Positions 38,231-47,479 of a stretch of DNA of 64,000 nt are shown here, piece by piece; the stretch's first letter is position 1; each line of letters starts with the position of its first letter. The DNA is taken from positions 800,001-864,000 of the forward strand of contig CAWCFX010000001.1 in assembly GCA_963795085.1 (NCBI GenBank), read 5' to 3'. This DNA comes from an uncultured Gemmatimonadales bacterium (GTDB lineage: Bacteria; Gemmatimonadota; Gemmatimonadetes; Gemmatimonadales; GWC2-71-9). The notes beneath the pieces are model-generated. The model had not been told where the DNA came from. It did no database searches and saw only the letters and a list, made by a program, of their open reading frames with translations. Position numbers and translations under genes: made by a program.

Positions 38231-39131
38231 AACCACCGCGGGCTCCCGGCCGGCCCGCTCCTCCAGCCTTCGATCCTGGGTCCGGCGCCCCAGCGCCCAT
38301 GCGACGAGCATGCCCAGCAGCACCCCGGCCAGCGCATCCACCGCATAGTGCATCTGGGTATAGACCACTCCGACCGTCAGCAGCACCGTGGGCGCCAGCA
38401 GGATCCAGCCCAGCCGCCGCGACCCCATCCAGCCACTGATCGCCGCCGCGACCGTCCCCGCCACGTGGGAGGATGGAAAGGCGGCGCCATACGAACTCCC
38501 GCTCGACAGCGTCGCGTACACCAGGCGGGCCGGCGGGTTATCGAGGAACCAGGCTTCGGGCCGCGCGAATTCGTAGTAGGGACCCGCCACCGGAAAGAGA
38601 ATGAACCAGAGATAGCAGGCCAGGAAGGTGGCGAAGATGATGAGCACCGACCGGCGCAGGCTGGCCGCGTCCCGGGTGAGCGCGAACCAGGCCAGCGGCA
38701 GCGGGACGATGATGTAGTACGAGAAATACGAGAGGTGAAACAGGGTGGAGAGCAACCCCGCTGGGCCGGGCCTGCCACCAGGCGCGGCTGACCTGGCCGC
38801 CGAAGAGGGCGGTCTCCCACTGCTGCACCAGGGAGTCATACACCCGCACCTGGCCCACCCCGTTCAGCAGGTCGAGGGAGCTGTAGAGCGGAACCAGCAG
38901 CAGCAGCGGATAGACTTCGCGCAGGGCCCGGCCGGTGACGCCGAGCCCGGGGCGCGCCAGCAGCAGCACCATCAGGGCGATCAGCGCATAGGCGGCCAGC
39001 GCCCACCAGGCGGCGGGCCGCTCCGGCGCCCGGACCATCGCCACGATCCCCGCGATCAGCAGGAATCCCAGGAAGAGACGATCCACCAGCCGCAACCCGT
39101 GCCGCCGGTGGGGAGCGGTGGCGGCGGTCAT
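38213..39131 (-). pseudogene. PAP2/AUR1-like membrane phosphotransferase, split by a 1-bp frameshift
   Basis: 'FPVAGP', 'AFPSSHVA', 'HYAVD' motifs in the 3' half; the 5' half is in another frame; one extra G in the run at 38756-38759 joins WWQARPSG to LLSTLFHLSY. Confidence 0.78.
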
Positions 39132-39136
39132 CGGGG

Positions 39137-40105
39137 TTACATCCACTGCTGGGCCCGGTACCAGTCCAGGGTGCGGGCGGCGCCGGCGGCGAAATCGTGC
39201 GCCGCCCGCCAGCCGCTGTCCCGGGTGAGCGGCGCCGGATCCGCCGTCCACGCCGGAGCGAAGAACTCGTTGGCCTTGTCGGGGGTGAGCAGAGTGGGCT
39301 TGCCGGTGATCCGCGCGCCGGCCGCGGTCACCGCCAGGAGGCTCCGGGCGACGACCGATGGAAGCGGGAGAATGGTCACGCCCTTTCCCATGGCGCGGCC
39401 GATGGCCTGGATCATCTCCGCGCTGGTGAGCACCTCGGGGTGGCAGGGGTAGTAGATGTTGCCGGTGGTCTTTTCCGCATGGCCCGCCGCGGCCAGCGCC
39501 TCGCCCAGGTCGGGCCCATAGACCAGGGACAATTCCTGCCGGCCGCCGCCGAACACCGGCGCCACGCCCAGCCGCGCAATCTTGAAGACCTTGAGGATCT
39601 CCCGGTCGCCGGGACCGTACACGGCGGGCGGACGCAGAATGATCCAGGGCAGGGCACCTGCCTTCACGACCGCTTCGCCGGCCAGCTTGCTTCGGCCATA
39701 GGCGGTGACCGGAGCCGGGGTCTCTTCACCGGTGAGCGGCCGACCCGATGCGCTGGGCCCGCCGGCCGCCATGGAACTCACCAGCAGAAACCGGGGCCGC
39801 CCGGCGGCGGCGGCCGCTGCCAGCAGCCGGGCCGTCCCGTCCCGGTTCACCGCCAGGAACCCGGCCTCGTTCCGCGCCGCGACCAGCCCCGCCACGTGAT
39901 AGACGATGTCCTGGTCCCGGACGGCCTCGGCGAGCGCCGCCTGGTCATCCAGGTCGCCCTGGACCAGGCGGACCCCGAGCCCCTCGAGCGACCGGGCCTT
40001 GGTGGGAGAGCGGACCAGCGCCGTGACCTGGTCACCCCGGCGCACCAGCGCATCGACCAGGTGGCGGCCGACGAAACCGGTGCCGCCGGTGACCAGCGCC
40101 TTCAT
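39137..40105 (-). CDS. Extended SDR/NAD-dependent epimerase-dehydratase; candidate ceramide reductase (CerR-like)
   Basis: 'VTGGTGFVG', YxxxK 'YGRSK', 'RPPAVYGP'; operon context. Confidence 0.85.
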   Translation of the reverse strand: MKALVTGGTGFVGRHLVDALVRRGDQVTALVRSPTKARSLEGLGVRLVQGDLDDQAALAEAVRDQDIVYHVAGLVAARNEAGFLAVNRDGTARLLAAAAAAGRPRFLLVSSMAAGGPSASGRPLTGEETPAPVTAYGRSKLAGEAVVKAGALPWIILRPPAVYGPGDREILKVFKIARLGVAPVFGGGRQELSLVYGPDLGEALAAAGHAEKTTGNIYYPCHPEVLTSAEMIQAIGRAMGKGVTILPLPSVVARSLLAVTAAGARITGKPTLLTPDKANEFFAPAWTADPAPLTRDSGWRAAHDFAAGAARTLDWYRAQQWM

Positions 40106-40111
40106 GGGCGC

Positions 40112-41248
40112 CTACAGCGCCCGGTCATACAACCGGTACGTCTTGTAGTGCGTGAAGTTCATCTTCTCCAGCCCCAGCTTCATCGCCGCATTGTCCTCCA
40201 GCACCCAGCCGCCCTCCGCCCAGTAGATCTTGTGATCGCCCGACTTGGTCCAGATCCAGTGGTAGAGCGCGGAGTCGATTCCCTTGCCGCGGAACTCCGG
40301 CAGCACGCCGAGGAGCAGGACGCGGGAGCGGGTGATCTTCTGGCGCTTGAGGCTCCAGAGCAGGTCGAGCGCGGCGGGCAGCATCCTTCCCGACCGGTAC
40401 TTCCGGAAGACGACGTTGAAATCCGGCAGGGCCAGCGCGAACCCCACCGGCCGGCCGTCCTTCATCGCGAACACCACCTGGTCGGGGATGACCACCGGCT
40501 TGAACTGCACGGCCAGGTGGTCGATCTCCGCGTCGGTCATCGGAATGAATCCCCAGTTCTTCTCCCAGCACGCGTTGTACAGCACCTTGACCCGGTCCAC
40601 CTCGGCCTGGAAATGCTTCTTGTTGAGCGGCCGCAGGGTGACGCCGGCCCGTTTCATCATCACTTCCACCGCGCGGGTAAGGCGATCGGGCACCGGGACG
40701 TAGGCCACTTCGCTGCCGCCCTGGTACATCAGCAGGTCTTTCGCCTTGGCGAAACCGGCCCGCTCCAGCAGAGTGGCGTAGTAGGGCGGATTGTGCGGGG
40801 TCATGATGGCGGGGTAGTACTCGAACCCCTGCACCAGGAGGCCGCACTCGTCGTTGACGCTGAAGGAGGCGGGGCCCCGCAGGGTATCGTGACCCTTCTC
40901 GCGGCACCACTCGGCGGCGCGGTCCAGCAGGGCATCGGCGACCGCCTGGTCGTCAATGCACTCGAAGAACCCGAAGAACCCGACCCGGTCCTGGTGGGTC
41001 TCGTTGTGCAGGCGGTTGCTGATGGCGGCGATCCGGCCCACGACCCGGCCCTCCCGCTCGGCCAGGAAGTATTCGGCTTCGGCGTGCTCGAAGAAGGGGT
41101 TTTTGTCGCGGGAGAGGAGCAGCTTCACGTCCCGACGCAACGGCGGGACCCAGATCGGGTCCCGCTGGTGGAGCTGATAGGGCAGGTCGATGAATTGCCG
41201 GAGCGGCCGGCCCTCGTTGGCCGGCCGGATGCTGACCGGTGCCGTCAG
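40112..41248 (-). CDS. GNAT-fold N-acyltransferase; candidate bacterial ceramide synthase (bCerS-like)
   Basis: 'DPIWVPPL', 'GRIAA', 'GFFGFFEC', 'HNPPYY', 'LGVLPEFRGKG', 'WVLEDN'; apparent CTG start overlapping the upstream TGA. Confidence 0.8.
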   Translation of the reverse strand: MTAPVSIRPANEGRPLRQFIDLPYQLHQRDPIWVPPLRRDVKLLLSRDKNPFFEHAEAEYFLAEREGRVVGRIAAISNRLHNETHQDRVGFFGFFECIDDQAVADALLDRAAEWCREKGHDTLRGPASFSVNDECGLLVQGFEYYPAIMTPHNPPYYATLLERAGFAKAKDLLMYQGGSEVAYVPVPDRLTRAVEVMMKRAGVTLRPLNKKHFQAEVDRVKVLYNACWEKNWGFIPMTDAEIDHLAVQFKPVVIPDQVVFAMKDGRPVGFALALPDFNVVFRKYRSGRMLPAALDLLWSLKRQKITRSRVLLLGVLPEFRGKGIDSALYHWIWTKSGDHKIYWAEGGWVLEDNAAMKLGLEKMNFTHYKTYRLYDRAL

Positions 41249-42456
41249 ATGACCCCCAGCTCCCGTCCGATCCGGGCGAAGGTCTCCAGGCAGTAGTCGA
41301 TCTGGTCGAAGCTGTGCGTGGCCATCAGGCTGGTGCGGAGCCGGCACTGGGTGATGGGCACGGCCGGGGCGGTCACCGGGTTGGTGAAGACGCCGGCGTC
41401 GAACAGCTTCCGCCACATGAGGAAGGTGCGGTCCAGCGGGCCGATCAGCACCGGGACGATGGGGGTCTCGGTGGGGCCGATCTCGAAGCCCAGGCTCCGG
41501 AAGCCCTCGTGCAGCCGCCGGGTGTTGGCCCACAGCTGTTCCCGCCGCTCCGGCTCCTGCTGCAGGACTTCCAGCGCCGCCAGCACCCCGGCGGTGTTGG
41601 CCGGCGGCAGGGACGCGGTGAAGATGAGCGGCCGGCTGTGGTGGCGCAGGTAGTGAATGACGTTCTCGGACCCGGCCACGAACCCGCCGATCGAGGCGAG
41701 GGACTTGGAGAATGTCCCGGCGATGATGTCCACCTCGTCGATCATGCCGAAGTGGGCGGCGGTGCCGTCGCCCCTGGGGCCGAGGACGCCGAGCGAGTGG
41801 GCGTCGTCGATGGCGAGGGCGGCGCCGTACTTCCGGGCCACCTTGACCAGCCCGGGCACGTCCGCGATGTCTCCTTCCATGGAGTACACGCCGTCCACGA
41901 TGATCATGGCGCCGTTGGCGCCCTTCGCCATGTTGCGTTCCAGCTTGCGCTGCAGCCCCCCCAGGTCGCCGTGGTTGAAGCGCTCGGTGTCGCCGTAGGA
42001 CATCTTGGCGCCATCCACGATGGAGGCGTGGTCCAGCTTGTCGAGATAGACGACGTCGTTCCGGGTCACCAGGCCGGTGATCAGGCCCAGGTTGGCGGAA
42101 TAGCCGGTCGAGAAGACCAGGCAGTCTTCCTTGCCCAGGAACTCCGCGATGGCCTGCTCCAGCTGGCCGTGCAGGTCGAGGGTGCCGTTCAGGAACCGGC
42201 TCCCGGTGCAGCCCGATCCGTAGCGGTGCAGCGCGCGGGAGGCGGCTTCGAGCACCTTCGGGTGGTGGGTCAACCCAAGGTAGTTATTGGACCCCAGCAT
42301 GATGCGCTTCTTGCCTTCAATGACCACCACCGTGTCCTCGGACTCGGAGATGGGCTTGAAGTAGGGATACATGCCGGCGGCCTGGATCTCCTTGGCCTTG
42401 GTGAACTGCCGGCACTTTTCGAAGAGCGCAACCTGCTGGAGCGTTTGGGTATCCAT
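41245..42456 (-). CDS. spt: PLP-dependent alpha-oxoamine synthase, probable serine palmitoyltransferase
   Basis: 'GMYPYF', 'GSNNYLGL', 'GCTGSRFLNGT', 'DHASIVDG', 'DDAH', 'GTFSKSLASIGG'; operon with GNAT and SDR genes. Confidence 0.75.
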   Translation of the reverse strand: MDTQTLQQVALFEKCRQFTKAKEIQAAGMYPYFKPISESEDTVVVIEGKKRIMLGSNNYLGLTHHPKVLEAASRALHRYGSGCTGSRFLNGTLDLHGQLEQAIAEFLGKEDCLVFSTGYSANLGLITGLVTRNDVVYLDKLDHASIVDGAKMSYGDTERFNHGDLGGLQRKLERNMAKGANGAMIIVDGVYSMEGDIADVPGLVKVARKYGAALAIDDAHSLGVLGPRGDGTAAHFGMIDEVDIIAGTFSKSLASIGGFVAGSENVIHYLRHHSRPLIFTASLPPANTAGVLAALEVLQQEPERREQLWANTRRLHEGFRSLGFEIGPTETPIVPVLIGPLDRTFLMWRKLFDAGVFTNPVTAPAVPITQCRLRTSLMATHSFDQIDYCLETFARIGRELGVI

Positions 42457-42768
42457 CGGACCTCGGCGCTTGGACTGGTAATAAAATCGGCCTGTTTCAG
42501 CCCCAACATTTTAGTGGCTTGGCCGTGGTGGCACAAGGCTTTACGCGATTTCCGGGCCCGTTACAACCAGGGCCGGGCAGGGGCCGCCCGGGAGGCCTGG
42601 CAACGGGGGTCTTGCCCTTCGCGCCAATTCTGCCACAATACATCGGCACCCCGTGGCTCAATCCGTATCTGGCTCGTCCTAACACCGGTGCATGGCAGCC
42701 TTGACCGCCCCGGCCGGGAGTACGATTTTTGCATTTGGTGCCCCCACCTTCTTCTACTGGAATAATCC

Positions 42769-45066
42769 ATGGTTCGGAATATTCGCCTGCTCGCGGCGGC
42801 CGCGGCCGCGTCCTGGGCCCTGTTTGCGCCGGACAGCGCCGAGGCCCAGCGTCCGGGGGCCCGGTTGGGCCGGTTCGAGGTGCCCGGGTTCGATTTCGCG
42901 CCCGATGGGGCCTGGCGCAAGCGGGCCGGGCAGATCCGGCTGGCCCGGCAGGCGATGCTCCGGACCGGGGCCCTCCGGGCCCTCAACGCTTCCGGGCCCA
43001 GCGCGACCCGGCTCACCGGCAACGTGAACGTCCCGGTGCTCCTGATCAGCTATACCAACCAGGCGATGCCGTTCCCCACGGCGGACTACCAGGACGTGCT
43101 GTTCAATGCCGCGCCGACGCTCCGGCCCTACAGCGTCAAGAGCTATTACGAGCAGATATCCAACGGTAACATCACCATGAACGGCACCGTGTTCGATCCG
43201 GTGCTCACCGACCAGGCCAGTTCGTACTACGAGGACGGATGCCGCGGGATCATCACTGCCCCTACTCCCTGCGGCAACCCCATCAACGGCAACTCCGGGA
43301 ATGTATCGGCCCGCTTCCGGGACCTGCTGGTCGAAGTGCTCACGAAGGCAAATAATCTCGGCACCATCAACTGGGGCCAGTTCGATAACGACGGCCCGGA
43401 CGGCAACCCCAACTCGGGCGATGACGACGGCCGGGTGGATTTCATCACCTTCATCCAGCCGGGGGTGGACGGAGCCTGCGGGGCCCCCGGCATCTGGGCC
43501 CACCGCTGGAATATCGCTTCCCTGCGGCAGTCCACGCCCTTCCAGACCAGCACGCCCCGGACGGGGGGCGGGTTCATCCAGATCAACGACTACACCATCC
43601 AGAGCGGCCAGGGCGGCAACGGGGCCTGCACCGCGGGCCAGATCATGCCGATCGGCACCATCGCCCACGAGACCGGCCATGCGTTCGGTCTTCCCGACCT
43701 CTATGACACCAGCCTCAACACCGAGGGCATCGGGGAATGGGGCATCATGGGCAGCGGCAATTATTCCCGGGCCTACAGCCCGTCCACTTATGAAGCCTGG
43801 TCCCTGACCGAGCTCGGCTGGGTCACGGTGGATACCCTCAGCACCAGCCGGACCGTCACGATTAACCCGATCCAGACCTCGGATACCGTTTTTTATGTTT
43901 CGCTGGCGGGCACCGATGAATACCTTCTGCTGGAAAACCGGGATTCGCTGCTCAGCGACACGGCGCAGATGAACCCTGCATTCGGATCCCGGAAGAAGTC
44001 CCCCGGCCTGCTGATCTGGCACATGGACCGGAGCGTGATCACGGGAGGGACGGGCAGCAACTCGGTCAATTCCGGATCGGTGCACGGAGTCGCCCTTGAG
44101 CAGGCCGATGGGCTCAACCACCTGAGAATCAGCAATGGGGGCAACCGCGGCGATGCCGGTGATTCCTATCCGGGGACATCGCTCAACCGCAAATGGTCCA
44201 CGACGTCAAACCCTGCGTCCCGCAACAATGCCAGCGGGTACGCCGGCTTCGTGCTCGACTCCATCCACCGCAACGCTTCCGGCGTTCCCGGCGTCCCCAG
44301 CCCCATCGTGCTCCGCTACATCAGGCGGAACCAGTCGGTCTTCACCACCAACCGTACCGGCGCCAATATCAAGGTCAACGCGGTGACCATCCAGCGGTTC
44401 GATGATGTCGTCGCCGAGGGAGACAACGTGATGCTGGAGGCCGTTTCGCCCCAGACCATCACCGCGGGCCGCACCCAGCTCGCCTTCGCCAGCTGGAGCG
44501 ACGGCGGGGCCGCGACCCACACGGTCGTGTCCGGCGCGACCCCCGACACGGTCGTGGCCAGCTTCAGCGCCAGCCACAAGCTCAACCTGGTCAGCGCGCC
44601 CAGCGGCGGCACCGTCACCTCCGATATTGCCGGCAGCCCCAACCTGGTCGCCGGCACCTTCGTGGCCGAGGGCACCCCGGTCACTCTTACCGCGACGGCC
44701 GACGTCGGCGCCAGCTTCGTGCGCTTCCAGGGCGACACCATGACCACCAACGCCACCCTGGTGCTGCCGATGGGCCGCCCCTATAGCCTGACGGCGGTGT
44801 TCAGCGGCGCCGTCGCCATCGTCACCCAGGACGCGGTGAACCAGCTGCTCGGCACCGCCTGCGCCACCAGTCCCTGCCTGTCCACGCAGCAGATGACCTA
44901 CATGGACCAGACCGGCAACAACGACGGATCCTACAACCTCGGCGATTTCCTGGCCTATGCCGACCGGACCGGCCTCAACCCGTCCAGCCCATTGATGCAG
45001 CGCCTGCTGTCGGCGCCCACCGTCTCGGTGCCGCTCAGCGCACCGACCCCAGCGAAGGAGCGATAA
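42769..45066 (+). CDS. M6 (immune inhibitor A-like) metalloprotease, secreted
   Basis: 'HETGHAFGLPDLYD', 'WGIMGSG', 'GLLIWH', 'LEQADG'; signal peptide. Confidence 0.9.
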   Translation: MVRNIRLLAAAAAASWALFAPDSAEAQRPGARLGRFEVPGFDFAPDGAWRKRAGQIRLARQAMLRTGALRALNASGPSATRLTGNVNVPVLLISYTNQAMPFPTADYQDVLFNAAPTLRPYSVKSYYEQISNGNITMNGTVFDPVLTDQASSYYEDGCRGIITAPTPCGNPINGNSGNVSARFRDLLVEVLTKANNLGTINWGQFDNDGPDGNPNSGDDDGRVDFITFIQPGVDGACGAPGIWAHRWNIASLRQSTPFQTSTPRTGGGFIQINDYTIQSGQGGNGACTAGQIMPIGTIAHETGHAFGLPDLYDTSLNTEGIGEWGIMGSGNYSRAYSPSTYEAWSLTELGWVTVDTLSTSRTVTINPIQTSDTVFYVSLAGTDEYLLLENRDSLLSDTAQMNPAFGSRKKSPGLLIWHMDRSVITGGTGSNSVNSGSVHGVALEQADGLNHLRISNGGNRGDAGDSYPGTSLNRKWSTTSNPASRNNASGYAGFVLDSIHRNASGVPGVPSPIVLRYIRRNQSVFTTNRTGANIKVNAVTIQRFDDVVAEGDNVMLEAVSPQTITAGRTQLAFASWSDGGAATHTVVSGATPDTVVASFSASHKLNLVSAPSGGTVTSDIAGSPNLVAGTFVAEGTPVTLTATADVGASFVRFQGDTMTTNATLVLPMGRPYSLTAVFSGAVAIVTQDAVNQLLGTACATSPCLSTQQMTYMDQTGNNDGSYNLGDFLAYADRTGLNPSSPLMQRLLSAPTVSVPLSAPTPAKER

Positions 45067-45069
45067 CCC

Positions 45070-45477
45070 ATGCAAGTCCGATCCATCCTGGCCATGGCCG
45101 CCCTGGGGACGGGGCTCTGGGCCTGTGGCGGCGGTGACGGCGGCGGCGGCGGCCCCAGCCCCACGCCCGGTTCGCTGGACGTGGTGCTGACCACGGCCCC
45201 GACCGCCCCCGGCGCCCTGATGTTCACCGTCTCCGGCGGGCCCATCACCGGGGTGACATCCAGCCACACCAGGTACGAGCAGACCACCGCGCCCAACTCG
45301 CGGAAGGTGTTGCTGACCGGAAACCTGGTCGCCGGCACCGTGGTGCAGATCCAGGTGCCGGACGTCGGCGCCGTGGACAACTACGTCGTGCAGGTGCTCC
45401 AGGTCGCGGCCCGGAGCAACGCCGCGGTGCCCTACCAGAACCTGGCCACGGCCGGATTCAATATGGATGTCCAATGA
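45070..45477 (+). CDS. Lipoprotein, predicted beta-sandwich
   Basis: Lipobox LWAC followed by a Gly linker; starts 3 bp after the M6 stop. Confidence 0.75.
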   Translation: MQVRSILAMAALGTGLWACGGGDGGGGGPSPTPGSLDVVLTTAPTAPGALMFTVSGGPITGVTSSHTRYEQTTAPNSRKVLLTGNLVAGTVVQIQVPDVGAVDNYVVQVLQVAARSNAAVPYQNLATAGFNMDVQ

Positions 45478-45540
45478 TCCGGCCCTCCACCCGCTGAACC
45501 AGCGACGGCCCTCCCCCCGGGGAGGGCTGTTGTCTTCTCC

Positions 45541-46014
45541 ATGCCGCGTCCCGCCGTGGGCTGCATCGCGCTCGCCGTCGCCTGGGCCGTCGTGGTGGCG
45601 GTGGGGCGGGGCCTGGCGTTGGACGATCCCGCCTGGTACCAGGCCCTTCGGAAGCCGGCCTTTCAGCCCCCGCTCTGGCTCTACCACGTGGCGTGGCCGC
45701 TGCTGCTCTGCCTCGCCGCGGCGGCGGCGGTGGTGGCCGCCAGTGCCCTGGCCGCCGACCGCCGCGACCGGGTCCGGCTGGCATTTCTCTACCTGTTGAA
45801 CGGGGTGCTCAACATCGGATGGGCGTGGCTCTACTTCCGGTGCCAGCGTCCCGACTGGGCCATGCTGGAGTGGTGGGGCCTGCTCGCGTCGGTGGGGGGA
45901 ATGATCTGGGCCGCCTCGCGCACCAGCCGGGCCGCGGCCGGGCTGCTGGCGCCTTACCTTGCGTGGATCCTGTTTGCGGGGGCCGTCAACTGGAGCACGG
46001 TGCGGCTGAACTGA
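45541..46014 (+). CDS. tspO: TspO/MBR tryptophan-rich sensory protein
   Basis: 'WYQALRKPAFQPP', 'LNIGWAWLYF', 'LLAPYLAWILFA'. Confidence 0.9.
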   Translation: MPRPAVGCIALAVAWAVVVAVGRGLALDDPAWYQALRKPAFQPPLWLYHVAWPLLLCLAAAAAVVAASALAADRRDRVRLAFLYLLNGVLNIGWAWLYFRCQRPDWAMLEWWGLLASVGGMIWAASRTSRAAAGLLAPYLAWILFAGAVNWSTVRLN

Positions 46015-46019
46015 CCGGC

Positions 46020-47336
46020 TCAGCGATACCGCCGGGCCACTTCCGCGACGAGGCCGGCAAGCTCGGCACGGGGCATCCAGCGGCCCCGCGCCATCACGCC
46101 TTCCGGGGTGCGAAGCGCCGCCAGGTTTTCCAGCGGGTTCGCCGCGAGCAGCAGCAGGTCGGCGCGCGCCCCCGGGCGGATGCTGCCAAACTCCTCGGGT
46201 GTCCCCAGGTATTCCGCCGCCCGCATCGTCGCCATCGCGAGCACGGCGCGGCGGCTCACCCCCGCCTGTTCCAGTACCCGCAGCTCCTCGTGCAGGCTGG
46301 TGCCGGGCACCATCAGGGGGTTCGGGGTGTCGGTGCCCGCCAGCATTCGCACCTGCCGGTCCGCCAGTCCCCGCACCACCCGCTGCAGCATGGCCCAGTG
46401 TTGCCGGTTCCGGGGCGATGCGCCCGGCGCGGAGTCTCCCCGCCGGAGTGAGCGCCACCAGCTCCGGGTGTCCCGGTCCACCAGGGCAAGGTCGGGGCCG
46501 TCGAACCGGGCCCAGACCTCGGGGGAGCCGGTCAAGGTCAACGCTTCGAAGGCGGCGAGGGTGGGCGTGACCCAGACATTGGCGGCGGCCACCCGGTCCA
46601 GCGCCGCATCCAGTTGCAGGGTGTCGGCGCTGTGCCCGCCGGCCGCATCGAGAATGGTGGCCGCGTGCTCGATATCCTGGCGGGCGGCCAGGGCGCTGTC
46701 CAGTCCCACCGCGCGGGGGATGTGTCCGGTCACCGGCAGGCCAGCGGTCTTCGCCGTTCGCACGATGGCCTGGTACACCTCCAGGCCCAGGCCATCGTAC
46801 ACCTTGACGAGATCGTAGCCCTCCCGCGCCAGCCGGGCGACCTCCTGCTCCGCCTGGGGAACCCCGGTGACCTGGAGGTGCCGATAGCGCTGGGGCTGGC
46901 CCGCCATCAACGGCCCGCTCACGATCAGCGTGGGACCCGCCTGGCGGCCCGCCGCGAGATCGTCGCGCAGCCGGAGCCGGGTCGAGTCGCCGTTCAGTTC
47001 CCGCACCGTGGTAATGCCGCTGGCCAGGTAGAGCACCATTGCGTCCGGATCGACGTGCGCGTGCATGTCAGCCAGTCCCGGGGCCAGGAAGCGGCCGGTC
47101 CCGTCAATCCGCGTCGCCCCGGCGGGAATCCGCGCCTCTCGCGCGGGCCCGACCCACCGGATGCGGCCGCCTTCCACCACCACCGTCTGGCCCGGTACCA
47201 GCGTCCCCGACTCCACGGCCACGAGGGTCACATTCACAAACGCGGTGGCCCCGGCGGCGGAGGGCGGCCCCGGCGCCGGCCGGTCGCTCGCCAGCACGCC
47301 GGCCACGACCAGGCAGGCCATCCATGTATGGGTCAT
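46020..47336 (-). CDS. Secreted amidohydrolase family protein
   Basis: 'PGLADMHAH', 'LASGITTVRE', 'LAGTD', 'GARADLLLL'. Confidence 0.88.
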   Translation of the reverse strand: MTHTWMACLVVAGVLASDRPAPGPPSAAGATAFVNVTLVAVESGTLVPGQTVVVEGGRIRWVGPAREARIPAGATRIDGTGRFLAPGLADMHAHVDPDAMVLYLASGITTVRELNGDSTRLRLRDDLAAGRQAGPTLIVSGPLMAGQPQRYRHLQVTGVPQAEQEVARLAREGYDLVKVYDGLGLEVYQAIVRTAKTAGLPVTGHIPRAVGLDSALAARQDIEHAATILDAAGGHSADTLQLDAALDRVAAANVWVTPTLAAFEALTLTGSPEVWARFDGPDLALVDRDTRSWWRSLRRGDSAPGASPRNRQHWAMLQRVVRGLADRQVRMLAGTDTPNPLMVPGTSLHEELRVLEQAGVSRRAVLAMATMRAAEYLGTPEEFGSIRPGARADLLLLAANPLENLAALRTPEGVMARGRWMPRAELAGLVAEVARRYR

Positions 47337-47430
47337 GCCGATTCGCTCCGGTGGCCAGGGTGGGTGGGACGCATGGGGCGAGAGACGGCTGAACCAGCCT
47401 CGTCATGCACAACGAAAGTGCCGCATGGCA

Positions 47431-47464
47431 CAAAGCCCCCGCCGATAGTACGGCGGGGGCTTTG
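47431..47464 (-). terminator. Terminator hairpin after the RCC1 gene
   Basis: Perfect 14-bp stem CAAAGCCCCCGCCG/CGGCGGGGGCTTTG. Confidence 0.75.
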
Positions 47465-47479
47465 CGGGCGTTTCGCCCG

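Noticed and set aside
40112..41533. 473-aa version of the GNAT ORF
   Set aside because: The first 95 codons overlap spt in another frame and look non-coding.
41245..42456. BioF or Kbl assignment
   Set aside because: Same fold, but no bio or tdh genes are adjacent, and the GNAT/SDR/PAP2 context favours Spt; not formally excluded.
42717..42734. Sigma54 promoter before the M6 protease (GAGTACGATTTTTGCA)
   Set aside because: Good -12 element, but AG replaces the near-invariant -24 GG.
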